64,000 bases of DNA from Deferribacterales bacterium (GTDB lineage Bacteria > Chrysiogenota > Deferribacteres > Deferribacterales > Geovibrionaceae), in NCBI GenBank assembly GCA_050251875.1, contig JBFWMA010000008.1:1-64000 (forward strand). The letters run 5' to 3'. Positions 28,911-38,823 of this stretch are shown here, piece after piece. Below the pieces are notes generated by a model that was not told where the DNA came from, did no database searches, and saw only the letters and a program-made list of their open reading frames with translations. The translations under genes and the position numbers were made by a program. Position 1 is the first letter of the stretch; each line of letters starts with the position of its first letter.

Positions 28911-30224
28911 ATGGATGCAATTGCATTGTCAAGGCTTCAATTTGCTCTGACAGCGGGTTTTCACTGGATCTTCGTTCCACTCACACTGGGACTGATCATT
29001 CTGGTGGCGATAATGGAAACCATGTACGTTCGTACAGGGGATTCACTTTATCTGAAAATGACAAAGTTCTGGGGCAAACTCTTCCTCATCAACTTTGCTA
29101 TCGGTGTAGTAACCGGTATCACCATGGAATTTCAGTTCGGTATGAACTGGGCGGAATATTCAAAATATGTCGGCGATATCTTCGGAGCTCCTCTGGCTAT
29201 TGAGGCCACCGTTGCTTTCTTTCTTGAATCTACTTTCTTAGGCATATGGATATTCGGCTGGAAAAAAATCAGCAAAAAGGCTCACCTCTTCGCTGTGTGG
29301 ATGGTTGCATTGGGTTCCAACCTGTCAGCCCTCTGGATTCTCGTTGCCAACGCGTGGATGCAGCACCCCGTCGGCTATGAGCTGAAAAACGGCAGAGCAG
29401 AGATGGTAGACTTCGGCGCTCTCATCTTCTCTCCCTACGCCTGGTCAAAATTTTTCCACTCCATCTCATCCGGCTGGGTAGTGGCCGCCTTTTTTGTTAT
29501 GGGCGTTTCCGCTTATCACCTGCTAAAGAAAAACGAAACCGCTTTCTTTAAAAAGAGTCTGAAATTCGGCGCTGTCTTCGGTCTCGCCGCTTCTCTCTTT
29601 CTGGCGGTTATCGGCGACTCCAGCGGTATTCACGTTGCTAAATATCAGCCTACAAAATTCGCCGCAATGGAATCACTGTGGGAAACACAGTCAGGCGCTC
29701 CCACATATCTGATGGCTATGCCCGACAGCAAAAACGAAAGAAACTCTGTGGAGATTCTGCCTATACCCAAGATGGCAAGTTTTCTCGCTTTCCACGATTG
29801 GAACGCAGAAGTAAAAGGTCTTAAAGATTTCGCTCCCGAAGACAGACCCCCCGTGGGACTCACATTCTTCAGCTTCCGTTTCATGGTTGCTCTGGGATGC
29901 CTCTTTATTCTGGCTTCTGTAATGGCTCTTATATATTCCAGAAAAGATACAATCGAAAACAAGACATGGTTCCTCAAAATCCTTCTGTTTATGATCCCCC
30001 TTCCCTACATCGCCGGACAGCTCGGCTGGATCGTGGCAGAAGTGGGCAGACAGCCCTGGATCGTTTACGGACTGATGAGAACATCAGACGCCGTATCCGT
30101 GAACCTCACACCCGGTCACGTTATTCTCTCTCTGGTCGGCTTCGTGGGATTCTACACACTGCTCGGCGTGATAGACATCTATCTGCTGATTAAATTCTCT
30201 AAAAAAGGGCCTAAAGAGGCTTAA
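28911..30224 (+). CDS. cydA: Cytochrome bd ubiquinol oxidase subunit I
   Basis: SRLQFA..FH..FVPLT, EFQFGMNW, QPTKFAAME, GRQPW. Confidence 0.97.
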   Translation: MDAIALSRLQFALTAGFHWIFVPLTLGLIILVAIMETMYVRTGDSLYLKMTKFWGKLFLINFAIGVVTGITMEFQFGMNWAEYSKYVGDIFGAPLAIEATVAFFLESTFLGIWIFGWKKISKKAHLFAVWMVALGSNLSALWILVANAWMQHPVGYELKNGRAEMVDFGALIFSPYAWSKFFHSISSGWVVAAFFVMGVSAYHLLKKNETAFFKKSLKFGAVFGLAASLFLAVIGDSSGIHVAKYQPTKFAAMESLWETQSGAPTYLMAMPDSKNERNSVEILPIPKMASFLAFHDWNAEVKGLKDFAPEDRPPVGLTFFSFRFMVALGCLFILASVMALIYSRKDTIENKTWFLKILLFMIPLPYIAGQLGWIVAEVGRQPWIVYGLMRTSDAVSVNLTPGHVILSLVGFVGFYTLLGVIDIYLLIKFSKKGPKEA

Positions 30225-30235
30225 GGAGGGGAAAA

Positions 30236-31276
30236 ATGGGACTTGATACATTACAGATCATCTGGTTTGCCCTCTGGGGGCTTTTATGGGCAGTATATTT
30301 TATGCTGGACGGATTTGATTTCGGCGCCGGCATACTGATGCCTTTTCTGTCTGAGTCAGAGACCGACAGAAGAGTGGTAATCAACACACTCGGACCCGTA
30401 TGGGACGGCAACGAAGTCTGGCTGATTACAGCGGGCGGTGCCACATTCGCCGCTTTCCCCACTACATACGCTTATATGTTCAGCTGGCTTTACCTGCCTC
30501 TGCTGGCTATTCTTTTCTGTCTGATATTCAGAGGTGTTGCCTTCGAGTTCAGAGGAAAAAGAGACACAGACGGCTGGAGAAAAGGCTGGGACATCACCAT
30601 CACAGTGAGCAGCCTTCTGGCTTCTCTGCTTTTCGGCGTGGCTTTCGGAAACATATTCAGAGGAATCCCCATCAATATGGTGGACGGTCAGTTTGTTTAT
30701 GAAGGAAATTTCTTCCTGCTTCTGAACCCCTACGCTCTTCTGACAGGCGTTTTCTTTGTTCTGCTCTTCTCATACCACGGAGCTCTGTGGCTGAACTGCA
30801 AAACAACAGGCGCCCTGGAAGAAAGAGCCGGCAAAATGGCGAAAAAGCTCTTCATACCCCTCGTGGTTGTTGCTGTTGCTTTCCTCGGCATGACATTCGT
30901 GTCCACACATCTGTATGATAACTTCTTCAAAATGCCCGTGTTCTTCATAGTTATCGCTGTGTGTGTGCTTGCTCTGCTTGCTTCCGGTTTTATGAAGGGA
31001 GTCAAGGCGTTCGCTCTGTCCTGCGTGGCTATCATCATGACAGTCTTCACAGGCATCATCGGACTCTTCCCCAACCTGATCCCCTCCAGCATATCACCCG
31101 AATTCTCTCTGACAGCGTATAATACATCATCCAGCCAGTATACTCTGACTGTTATGACTATCGTTGTTCTGATGTTCGTACCCATTGTGCTGGTATATCA
31201 GATATGGACTTACTATATTTTCAGAAAGCCTGTGGCTCCTGAAGATATAGCCGATCCTGAAGTTGAAACATACTAA
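30236..31276 (+). CDS. cydB: Cytochrome bd ubiquinol oxidase subunit II
   Basis: LDGFDFG, GPVWDGNEVWL, RGVAFEFR. Confidence 0.97.
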   Translation: MGLDTLQIIWFALWGLLWAVYFMLDGFDFGAGILMPFLSESETDRRVVINTLGPVWDGNEVWLITAGGATFAAFPTTYAYMFSWLYLPLLAILFCLIFRGVAFEFRGKRDTDGWRKGWDITITVSSLLASLLFGVAFGNIFRGIPINMVDGQFVYEGNFFLLLNPYALLTGVFFVLLFSYHGALWLNCKTTGALEERAGKMAKKLFIPLVVVAVAFLGMTFVSTHLYDNFFKMPVFFIVIAVCVLALLASGFMKGVKAFALSCVAIIMTVFTGIIGLFPNLIPSSISPEFSLTAYNTSSSQYTLTVMTIVVLMFVPIVLVYQIWTYYIFRKPVAPEDIADPEVETY

Positions 31277-31287
31277 TCAGTTATAAC

Positions 31288-31313
31288 AAAGCCCCTCTTT
31301 TTGAGGGGCTTTT
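31288..31313 (+). terminator. cydAB terminator
   Basis: AAAGCCCCTC-TTTTT-GAGGGGCTTTT. Confidence 0.85.
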
Positions 31314-31384
31314 CTTTTCCTGTCTTTATAAAAAAATTTGTTAAAAACCTTGACATAAATATACATTTATCAGAATATATATAC

Positions 31385-31469
31385 ATTCTCAATAAGCAGA
31401 TGCTCGGTGACCTCCTGCAAAAATTCACTGAAGCATAAAAAAAAGGAGGCATTGCCCGCCTCCTTTTTT
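31385..31469 (+). ncRNA. Candidate small RNA with an anti-SD loop
   Basis: TTGACA at 31350; hairpin ATGCTCGGTGA-CCTCCT..-TCACTGAAGCAT; terminator at 31437-31469. Confidence 0.45.
31437..31469. terminator. Bidirectional terminator
   Basis: A8-GGAGGC-N7-GCCTCC-T6. Confidence 0.85.
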
Positions 31470-31492
31470 GTCCTTTTTATCTCAGCCGGGGT

Positions 31493-32176
31493 TTATCCGG
31501 CGGCAGTGTTTTCGTTCAGCATTCCCACCAGCGTCTGGATAGTCTTTTTAACTCCCTCTGCCAGCTCTGCCACACTGCCCGCCAGCATATACGCAGGCGA
31601 AGTTATTATTTTGTGATGTGTATCCACTATGGCTTCTTTCACGGGACATTCTATGTGTTCTGATCCCATAGAGCTGATAGCGGCGGCTACTCCGGCGTCA
31701 TTGCCCACTGTTATCTGTGTCTTGATTCCGGAATCCTTAAAAACTCTCGCCAGAATCACCGGAGCGATACATATCGCCGTGAGAGGTTTTTTCGCCTCCA
31801 CCGTCTCTTTTACCAGCCTCAGAACATCAGGGTTGATTTTGCAGTCAGCCCCGTCAAAGGCGAACGTGGTGAGATTCTTAGCTGCCCCGAACCCGCCCGG
31901 AAAAACCAGAGCGTCAAAATCGTCAGCCTTGACATCGGCGATATCCACTATGGCGCCTCTGGCTATGCGCGCTGATTCCACCAGCACATTGCGCTTCTCG
32001 CCTTCGGACACCTTGCCTGTAAGATGGTTAACCACATGAGCCTGCTCCACATTGGGAGCCATTATCAGAGTTTCGTTACCGTATTTTTGCAGGTAATAAA
32101 GGGTGAGCACGGCTTCGTGTATTTCTGAGCCGTCATACACACCGCTTCCGCTTAAAACTACACCGACCTTTGCCAT
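31493..32176 (-). CDS. elbB: Glyoxalase ElbB (DJ-1/ES1 family)
   Basis: GVYDGSEIHE, ESARIARG, PGGFGAAKNL, ICIAP. Confidence 0.95.
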   Translation of the reverse strand: MAKVGVVLSGSGVYDGSEIHEAVLTLYYLQKYGNETLIMAPNVEQAHVVNHLTGKVSEGEKRNVLVESARIARGAIVDIADVKADDFDALVFPGGFGAAKNLTTFAFDGADCKINPDVLRLVKETVEAKKPLTAICIAPVILARVFKDSGIKTQITVGNDAGVAAAISSMGSEHIECPVKEAIVDTHHKIITSPAYMLAGSVAELAEGVKKTIQTLVGMLNENTAAG

Positions 32177-32236
32177 GTTTTCCTCCTTAACTGTTTATTA
32201 CTATGATAATACCAGCTGGAAGAATTGCAAACAAGT

Positions 32237-33391
32237 CTACTTGCCAAAGCAGAGCCCGGCTATGTCATCGTGGCTGTTGACGGGGACTGTAACCCTGCTT
32301 ATCTCCGGATATTTATCCAGCAGAGAGCAGACGGATTCGATATCTTTCGGCTCAACTTTACGGTCTTTATAAAAAGACGCCCGCTGAACCTTGATCATGA
32401 TCCTGCTCTTTTCGGGCACAGTCTGGTAGAGGCTGTTGATTATATTTCCGAGTATGCCGATGGACGTATCCACGGATACGGAGAGTTCTTTTGATATCTG
32501 GTCGTGATAACCCATCACAGCCAGATAGTCGAATCCTGATTCCAGCATGGAATCAATGGACTGGGAATACCAGGCGATGCCTATCTCCCTGTCGAGAGGA
32601 GTTTCATAATATACGTTCCCGGCGAACTTAATCTTCGGGTTGACCTGCATGGCGGCGGTCTTCAGCTCTCTGAAGAAATCAGTCATGGCGGCGTTCTTCC
32701 ACTCCGCCCAGGGGATGAACGTGTCGGGGCATCCGCCCGGCACCTTTGTATTTTTTATTCCGGACTGACATCCGAAAAGACCCTGTTCGGTCAGCTCTAT
32801 CCCTGTGTCGTTATAGTAAGCCGCCAAAGCATCCTTTGACGCTCCCTCTCTGTGGCGCAGGATAAAGTCGTCCTGAAAGAGTATGCCGTCTATGGAATAT
32901 GACGCCAGATCGGCGAAAAGCCTGACAGTGATCTCTCTGGCTTCTTTATTGAATATGGAAAAACCGTAACCGTCCTTATCATTGCCATCGTCAAAATTCT
33001 TTTCCATCTTGTCAGGCGTTTTAAGGAAAGAGAGCGTGCGGGTCGCCATCCAGGCGTATATGCTCATGCCGTTCCGGTGCGCCGCTTTCACAGCCTCCCC
33101 CAGAACGTCTCTCACAACGCAGGCGCTGTCCGTCTTGAAATAGACGCCGCTTTTGCATTTTCCGGAGTCGTCACCGTAATGATATCTGTCCACGCTGTTG
33201 TGAAACACACGCAGTATCACCGTGTCGTATCCTTCGCTTTTCAGCCCTTTGAAGAATTCGTCCAGATTGCCGTCATACATTTTGTCGATTACAAATATCT
33301 GCGCCCCGCTGATACGGGGATATGAATCAGAATGAGCCGGCAGCCATGCCGAAATGAGCATGGCTGTCAGCAGTATGAATTTTTTAAGCAT
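32237..33391 (-). CDS. Exported TIM-barrel glycoside hydrolase, PgaB C-terminal (GH153)/GHL-like
   Basis: Signal peptide; DTVILRVF, GVYF, IYAWM, DGILFQDD, AVMGY. Confidence 0.6.
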   Translation of the reverse strand: MLKKFILLTAMLISAWLPAHSDSYPRISGAQIFVIDKMYDGNLDEFFKGLKSEGYDTVILRVFHNSVDRYHYGDDSGKCKSGVYFKTDSACVVRDVLGEAVKAAHRNGMSIYAWMATRTLSFLKTPDKMEKNFDDGNDKDGYGFSIFNKEAREITVRLFADLASYSIDGILFQDDFILRHREGASKDALAAYYNDTGIELTEQGLFGCQSGIKNTKVPGGCPDTFIPWAEWKNAAMTDFFRELKTAAMQVNPKIKFAGNVYYETPLDREIGIAWYSQSIDSMLESGFDYLAVMGYHDQISKELSVSVDTSIGILGNIINSLYQTVPEKSRIMIKVQRASFYKDRKVEPKDIESVCSLLDKYPEISRVTVPVNSHDDIAGLCFGK

Positions 33392-34233
33392 TACTTCATT
33401 ATGTCCGGGTTGTAACCTGTCAGAGCCTTAATCTGTTCCGCTCTGGCTTTCGCTGATTCGTGGCTGAGTCCTGTTCCGCATCTCAGCCTGTACCAGACTC
33501 CTTTCTCTCCCAGATCTACTTTAACCAGCTGAAGGTCGCTCACCTTGCTTCTCAGACGGTGATACTCGGATTCAGCCAGCTCAAAATTTTTGAAAGAGGC
33601 AAGCTGAACATGGTATTCGCCCGGAATAACAGGCGTAACTTTCACAGCGGGTTTTGCCTCTGTTTTCTTTGGTGCCGCCTTCGGTGCTTCCGATTTTACG
33701 GCGGGTTTCGCTGTTTCTTTCTTCTCGACGGATTTGGGTGCCTCTGCCTTGGGGGCAGTATTTTTAACCGCTGGTTTGGGGGTTTCCTTCACAGCGGGCT
33801 TTACGGTTTCTTTAGGCGCCTGCGCCTTCACAGGCTCGGGTTTCACGGGCTCGGGAGCTTTCACCGGTTCTTCAGGCTTCACAGTCTCCACGGGCGGAGC
33901 GCTGAGCACAGGCTCGTCCGGAGCGGCGGCTGGCTGGGGCTCTTCTTTCGGAGCTTCCTCCTGCTTAGCCACGTTGCCTTTGTCGTCCACAACGTACGCC
34001 TGCTCTTTTCCGCTGTCAGGATCTGTCATCTGCTGCTTCATCTGCTCTTCGGTTAGTTTGGCTTCTTTCGACCCGCCTTTCAGCTTGTCGGCGAAGAAGG
34101 CAACGCCTGTCACCAGTATGGTGAAAATGATGAAAAAAACGATAAACAGAACAATGGTATTGCCAAAGTTTCTTTTGCCCTTAACGGGAGCTTCCTGCTC
34201 CTGTGTGTTGGTTTCCTTTTCGCTCACTGTCAC
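33391..34233 (-). CDS. SPOR-domain membrane protein (FtsN/DedD-like)
   Basis: Transmembrane segment, Pro/Lys/Glu linker, YHVQLASF..GVWYRLRCG. Confidence 0.85.
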   Translation of the reverse strand: MTVSEKETNTQEQEAPVKGKRNFGNTIVLFIVFFIIFTILVTGVAFFADKLKGGSKEAKLTEEQMKQQMTDPDSGKEQAYVVDDKGNVAKQEEAPKEEPQPAAAPDEPVLSAPPVETVKPEEPVKAPEPVKPEPVKAQAPKETVKPAVKETPKPAVKNTAPKAEAPKSVEKKETAKPAVKSEAPKAAPKKTEAKPAVKVTPVIPGEYHVQLASFKNFELAESEYHRLRSKVSDLQLVKVDLGEKGVWYRLRCGTGLSHESAKARAEQIKALTGYNPDIMK

Positions 34234-35879
34234 ATCCTGTCCGGCGCGCTGACACCCAGCAGACCAAGCCCGTTACGCACTGCATTGCCCACGGCAACGG
34301 CTATGGAGAGTCTGACTGATGTCAGTTCGCTGTCTTCAGCGTTTATTATAGTGTTATTAAAGTAGTATGCGTGAAAAAGCGCCGCAAGCTCCTGAAGATA
34401 GTAAGCCATGCGGTGGGGCTGTCTGCCTCTTGCCGCCTGTTCAAGCACACTGTTATAATCGTAAATCTTCTTGATTAACTCAAGCTCTTCTTTAGAAGAA
34501 ATTTTATCAAGGTGCGTACACAGCTCGAATTTTATGCCTTCGTTCTCCGCTTTTGAAAGCAGACTCTGAACTCTGGCATGGGCGTACTGCACATAGTAAA
34601 CAGGATTGTCCGAGGTTTTCTTTTTCGCAAGGTCTATGTCGAAATCGAACTGAGCCTCGTAATCTCTCATGGCATAGAAGAATCTGGCGGCGTCCGCCCC
34701 CACTTCCTCCACCAGCCAGTCCAGAGTGATGAATGATCCGGCTCTGGTGGACATGGATACACGCTCTCCGGATGAGAGCAGGCTCACCATCTGTATCAGG
34801 CTGACGTTGAAATCCCTGTCTTCGTATCCTATCGCCTCGATGGCGCTGCTCAGACGCTTAACGTATCCGTGGTGATCCGCTCCCCACACGTCTATGACGG
34901 ACATGAATCCTCTGTCGTATTTATTCTTATGATACGCTATGTCTGATGTAAAATATGTATATTCGCCGTTGCTCCTTTTAACCACTCTGTCCTTGTCATC
35001 GCCGAACTTGGTGGAATCGAACCAGAGAGCTCCGTCTTTCTCATATATGAATCCTCTGTCCATCAGATATTTAAGGCTGGATTCAACCTCTCCTGATTTA
35101 TAGAGTGATTTTTCGCTGAACCAAATCTCCATATCCACGTTGAAGTTTTTCAGTGTGAGCGCTATCTCCGCCGTGATGTCTTTCAGACCTCTGGCAAGAC
35201 ACAGAGCCACCGCCTCCGCCTCAGGCATTTCGGCTATTTTTTCGCCGTTCTCCTCCAGCATGGCTTTAGAGATATCTATAATATAGTCGCCCCTGTATCC
35301 GTCCTCGGGAAACTCAACGTCTCTCCCCAGAAGCTCCAGGTAGCGGACATATATGCTTTTACCCAGATTGTTCATCTGGTTTCCGGCGTCATTGATATAA
35401 TATTCCGTGTGAACATCATAGCCGGCAGCTTTCAGTATGCGGGCAAGACTGTCGCCGTAAGCGGCGTTGCGTCCGTGTCCGACATGCAGAGGTCCTGTGG
35501 GGTTCGCGCTGACGAATTCCACCATTGTCTTTCTGCCTCTGCCGTATCCGCTGGTGAAGAACTCATCGCTCTTCAGCGCCTTCTTCACTATATCCTGATA
35601 GAAAGTTTCGCTGATGCGGAAATTGATGAAACCGGGCATTACCGCTTCGGCTGATTTTATCAGAGGGTGTTTTACTGTCTCTGTTATCTTCTCGGCGATA
35701 TCCATCGGTTTTTTACGGAAGATTTTCGCCGATTTCATAGCTATGTTAGTGGCGAAATCGCCGTGGTCGGGATTGTTCGGTGTTTCTATGGTGTATTCGG
35801 GTATATCTGACTCGATTCCCTCGCTCTTCATGATTTCGGTGAGGGCTTCGTCCAGTAGGTTTTGCAGGATCTGCTTCAA
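34230..35879 (-). CDS. argS: Arginine--tRNA ligase
   Basis: VEFVSANPTGPLHVGHGR, WGADHHGY, YVQYAHAR, APDRM; probable TTG start after GGAG. Confidence 0.97.
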   Translation of the reverse strand: MKQILQNLLDEALTEIMKSEGIESDIPEYTIETPNNPDHGDFATNIAMKSAKIFRKKPMDIAEKITETVKHPLIKSAEAVMPGFINFRISETFYQDIVKKALKSDEFFTSGYGRGRKTMVEFVSANPTGPLHVGHGRNAAYGDSLARILKAAGYDVHTEYYINDAGNQMNNLGKSIYVRYLELLGRDVEFPEDGYRGDYIIDISKAMLEENGEKIAEMPEAEAVALCLARGLKDITAEIALTLKNFNVDMEIWFSEKSLYKSGEVESSLKYLMDRGFIYEKDGALWFDSTKFGDDKDRVVKRSNGEYTYFTSDIAYHKNKYDRGFMSVIDVWGADHHGYVKRLSSAIEAIGYEDRDFNVSLIQMVSLLSSGERVSMSTRAGSFITLDWLVEEVGADAARFFYAMRDYEAQFDFDIDLAKKKTSDNPVYYVQYAHARVQSLLSKAENEGIKFELCTHLDKISSKEELELIKKIYDYNSVLEQAARGRQPHRMAYYLQELAALFHAYYFNNTIINAEDSELTSVRLSIAVAVGNAVRNGLGLLGVSAPDRM

Positions 35880-36010
35880 TTTATCGCTCCGTACATATCT
35901 TAGTGTTCGGAATATATCAGCTTCTATTTTTTTATTCAAGACAGGTTTTTTATAAAAAACAGATGCAAAATCTGTCCTTTAATCTTATAATCCATTCTAA
36001 GGAATACATA

Positions 36011-37117
36011 ATGTCAGAAACTATTTTTAATCAGGAATTTCATAAAAATATCGAAGAGACCTATCCCATGCTGATCTCAATGGCTGAGACTATGCACGAA
36101 ATGGTTATGCTGCTGGACGAAGACAGGCGGCTGGTATACTTCAACCAGCGGTTCAGCAACTTCGCCGAGCTGCACAACCTTTCCGCTGATTACGGTTCCC
36201 GTCCCGGCAACGCTTTTAAATGCGTCAACGTTTCGCTGGGAAAAGAGATATGCGGAGAGACCAGTTTCTGCCGTTACTGCGGCGCCACAAAAGCCATAGA
36301 AAAAGCACTCTGCGGACAAACCGGGCTGGAGGATTGCAGTCTGGTCTCCGAAAACGGAAACGCCTATGACCTGCGCATCAGCACGTCTTCCATAACACTC
36401 TTCGACAGACCGTACACCCTCTACTGCGTGATGGATATCAGCAGCGAAAACAGAAAGAACGCTCTGGAAAAAATATTTTTTCACGATATAAACAATCTCT
36501 CCAGCGGGCTGGGGCTGATAACAGACGTGATAAGCACCTATGCGGAAGAAGACGACATTGAGTCTCTGAAAGAAACTCTGCCTCTGCTCACATCCGCCGT
36601 CACCAACATGAACAACGAGATCAAATCCAGCTATATGCTCTCTCTGGCAGAGAAAGACGAGCTTGACATCCACCTGAAAAAGCTGGATGCCGGAGACATA
36701 ATCAGAAACGTGGCGTCTTTCTTCAAAGAGACCACGATAGACAAAAACATAGTCTTCAAAACCGTCATTCCGGAAACAGACACCCTGTGCGTCACTGACG
36801 AGAACATCATCAAGCGCATCATCATAAACATGACAAAAAATGCCGTGGAAGCCTCCGAAGACGGGGAAACAGTGACTATCGGGTTCAGAAAAGAGAACGG
36901 ATCAGACATCTTCTATGTGAAAAACCCGAAAGTGATTCCGGATGAAGTAAGAATGTCCATATTCAAAAGATCATTCTCCACCAAAGGCATCGGCAGGGGA
37001 CTCGGCACATACAGCATGCGTCTTCTGACGGAGAGATATCTGAAAGGAAAGGTATATTTTACTTCGGGAGAAGGAAAAGGGACTGTGTTTTTCGCGGAAG
37101 TGCCGTCTAGCCTTTAA
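36011..37117 (+). CDS. Cytoplasmic PAS sensor histidine kinase with a Cys-rich insert
   Basis: FFHDINN H-box, KNAVEA, FSTKG.GRGLGTY; C..CG...C..C cluster. Confidence 0.85.
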   Translation: MSETIFNQEFHKNIEETYPMLISMAETMHEMVMLLDEDRRLVYFNQRFSNFAELHNLSADYGSRPGNAFKCVNVSLGKEICGETSFCRYCGATKAIEKALCGQTGLEDCSLVSENGNAYDLRISTSSITLFDRPYTLYCVMDISSENRKNALEKIFFHDINNLSSGLGLITDVISTYAEEDDIESLKETLPLLTSAVTNMNNEIKSSYMLSLAEKDELDIHLKKLDAGDIIRNVASFFKETTIDKNIVFKTVIPETDTLCVTDENIIKRIIINMTKNAVEASEDGETVTIGFRKENGSDIFYVKNPKVIPDEVRMSIFKRSFSTKGIGRGLGTYSMRLLTERYLKGKVYFTSGEGKGTVFFAEVPSSL

Positions 37118-37424
37118 GATCGATCAGTGTGCCCAGCATCTCGTCCTGTGTTTTCACAGCGGCGACATTGTATTGGAAGGCACGCTTCTCAACTATCATA
37201 TTTGTCATCTCTCTGCCCAGATCAACACCGGAAGTCTGCTGTCCGCTGCTCAGCTCCACTGTGTCCTGTCTGGTTTCGGCTGCCTGTGTGTAGTCGCTGA
37301 CAGAGTTATATATGCTGGTGGCATATCCGGGCGTATTTACATTGGCAATGTTGTTCGCTGTGGCGGCGAGCTGATCCTCATAGGTTTTCAGAGCATTCAG
37401 ATTGGCAGACAGTCCTTGTATCAT
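37107..37424 (-). CDS. Short flagellar basal-body rod-like protein
   Basis: ANNIANVNTPGY and VDLGREMTNMI rod N- and C-terminal motifs only. Confidence 0.8.
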   Translation of the reverse strand: MIQGLSANLNALKTYEDQLAATANNIANVNTPGYATSIYNSVSDYTQAAETRQDTVELSSGQQTSGVDLGREMTNMIVEKRAFQYNVAAVKTQDEMLGTLIDLKG

Positions 37425-37470
37425 TACGCACCTTCTGTTATAATTATTAATACTTTTTAGGAGGATTTCA

Positions 37471-37893
37471 ATGACAAATGTATCTGATGAACAATTAAAA
37501 GAGCTTATAAAAAACGCGAAAACTGTCGCCATAGTCGGCGCATCAAATAAACCCGAAAGAGCCAGCAACGGAATAATGAAATTTCTGATGAAGAACGGAT
37601 ATCAGTGCATCCCCGTGAACCCCATAGAAAAAGAGGTTCTGGGCGTGCCCACCATCGATTCTCTGGACGAGCTGACCTTCGAACCTGACATAGTGGACGT
37701 TTTCCGCCAGAGCGCCTTCGCCGCAGAAGTGGTGCGTGAGGCTTGCGGAAAAAACGCCAAGCTCATCTGGCTTCAGGAGGGTGTGGAAAGCCCCGAGGCG
37801 CAGAAGATCGCCGCTGTCTCCGGTATTCCCTATGTCGAGGACAAATGTATCTTTAAAGAATATCTGAGACTCGGACTGGTATCAGAAAAATAA
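37471..37893 (+). CDS. CoA-binding protein (YccU-like)
   Basis: AIVGASNKPERAS, IPVNP, DIVDVFR, WLQEG. Confidence 0.92.
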   Translation: MTNVSDEQLKELIKNAKTVAIVGASNKPERASNGIMKFLMKNGYQCIPVNPIEKEVLGVPTIDSLDELTFEPDIVDVFRQSAFAAEVVREACGKNAKLIWLQEGVESPEAQKIAAVSGIPYVEDKCIFKEYLRLGLVSEK

Positions 37894-38747
37894 TGAAAAG
37901 ACTGCTGATCGCCCTCTTTCTGCTGACGGCGGTATCTCTGAGCGCCCAGACGCTTAAGCTGGGCACTATCACTCCTTTTCCGCCCAGAGATGACGACCGG
38001 CTGTATAATCTGGGCTCTTATCTGCACGACTCCATAAAAAACGGCGGATATCAGAATTTCGCCGTTTACACCGCACAGGGAACGGACATGAGCCGCTTTC
38101 TGAAGCTGATTAAATCCGACAGGATAGATGTAGTCATCGCTGATTATTATCAGTCTGCCGTGATAGCCAGACATGAGGGTTTCACCCCTGTACTGACCGC
38201 CAGAAAGAACGGATCGCTCTATGAAACATCCGTTATCTTCACACTGAAAGACTCCGGCATATACAGGCTGAGCGACCTGAAAGGCAGAAAAACCGCCCTG
38301 ACCTACGACAGCTCCGCCACGGGAAGCTATCTTCCTCTGGAGATGATGAAGAAAGCCGGACTGAATATTTATCCCTCCGGAAGCACATCGAAAACAGAAA
38401 ACGGAATGACAGGATTTTTCTATGCCGGCAGTGAACAAGACACAGCTCTGGCTGTCTATCTGAGAAAAGCGGAAACAGGGGCGATGTCTGAATACGCTTT
38501 TTACAATCTTATCCCGGATATCTACAAACCTTCTCTGAGAGTGATCGGCAGATCGGAATCTGTCTACGCTCTCTTTGTGATGCTGAACAATAAAATGACC
38601 TCTAAACAGAAAGAGGCTGTGACGGACGCTCTGCAACACGCTCAGAATGACGCCAAAGGGATGAAGATACTTGAGGATTTAGGCATTGACGGGCTTTATC
38701 CGGTGGGTTTCGACTGGGAAACTCTTTTTAGTTTTGTTTTGAAATAA
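37893..38747 (+). CDS. PhnD-like periplasmic solute-binding protein
   Basis: Signal peptide; DLKGRK, SATGSYLP. Confidence 0.8.
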   Translation: MKRLLIALFLLTAVSLSAQTLKLGTITPFPPRDDDRLYNLGSYLHDSIKNGGYQNFAVYTAQGTDMSRFLKLIKSDRIDVVIADYYQSAVIARHEGFTPVLTARKNGSLYETSVIFTLKDSGIYRLSDLKGRKTALTYDSSATGSYLPLEMMKKAGLNIYPSGSTSKTENGMTGFFYAGSEQDTALAVYLRKAETGAMSEYAFYNLIPDIYKPSLRVIGRSESVYALFVMLNNKMTSKQKEAVTDALQHAQNDAKGMKILEDLGIDGLYPVGFDWETLFSFVLK

Positions 38748-38823
38748 TTCAGATCAGAATACTGTGGACATAGCACGCCAAGCTGATATAATATCGCCTC
38801 AATAAATAACGGTATGGGTCAGA

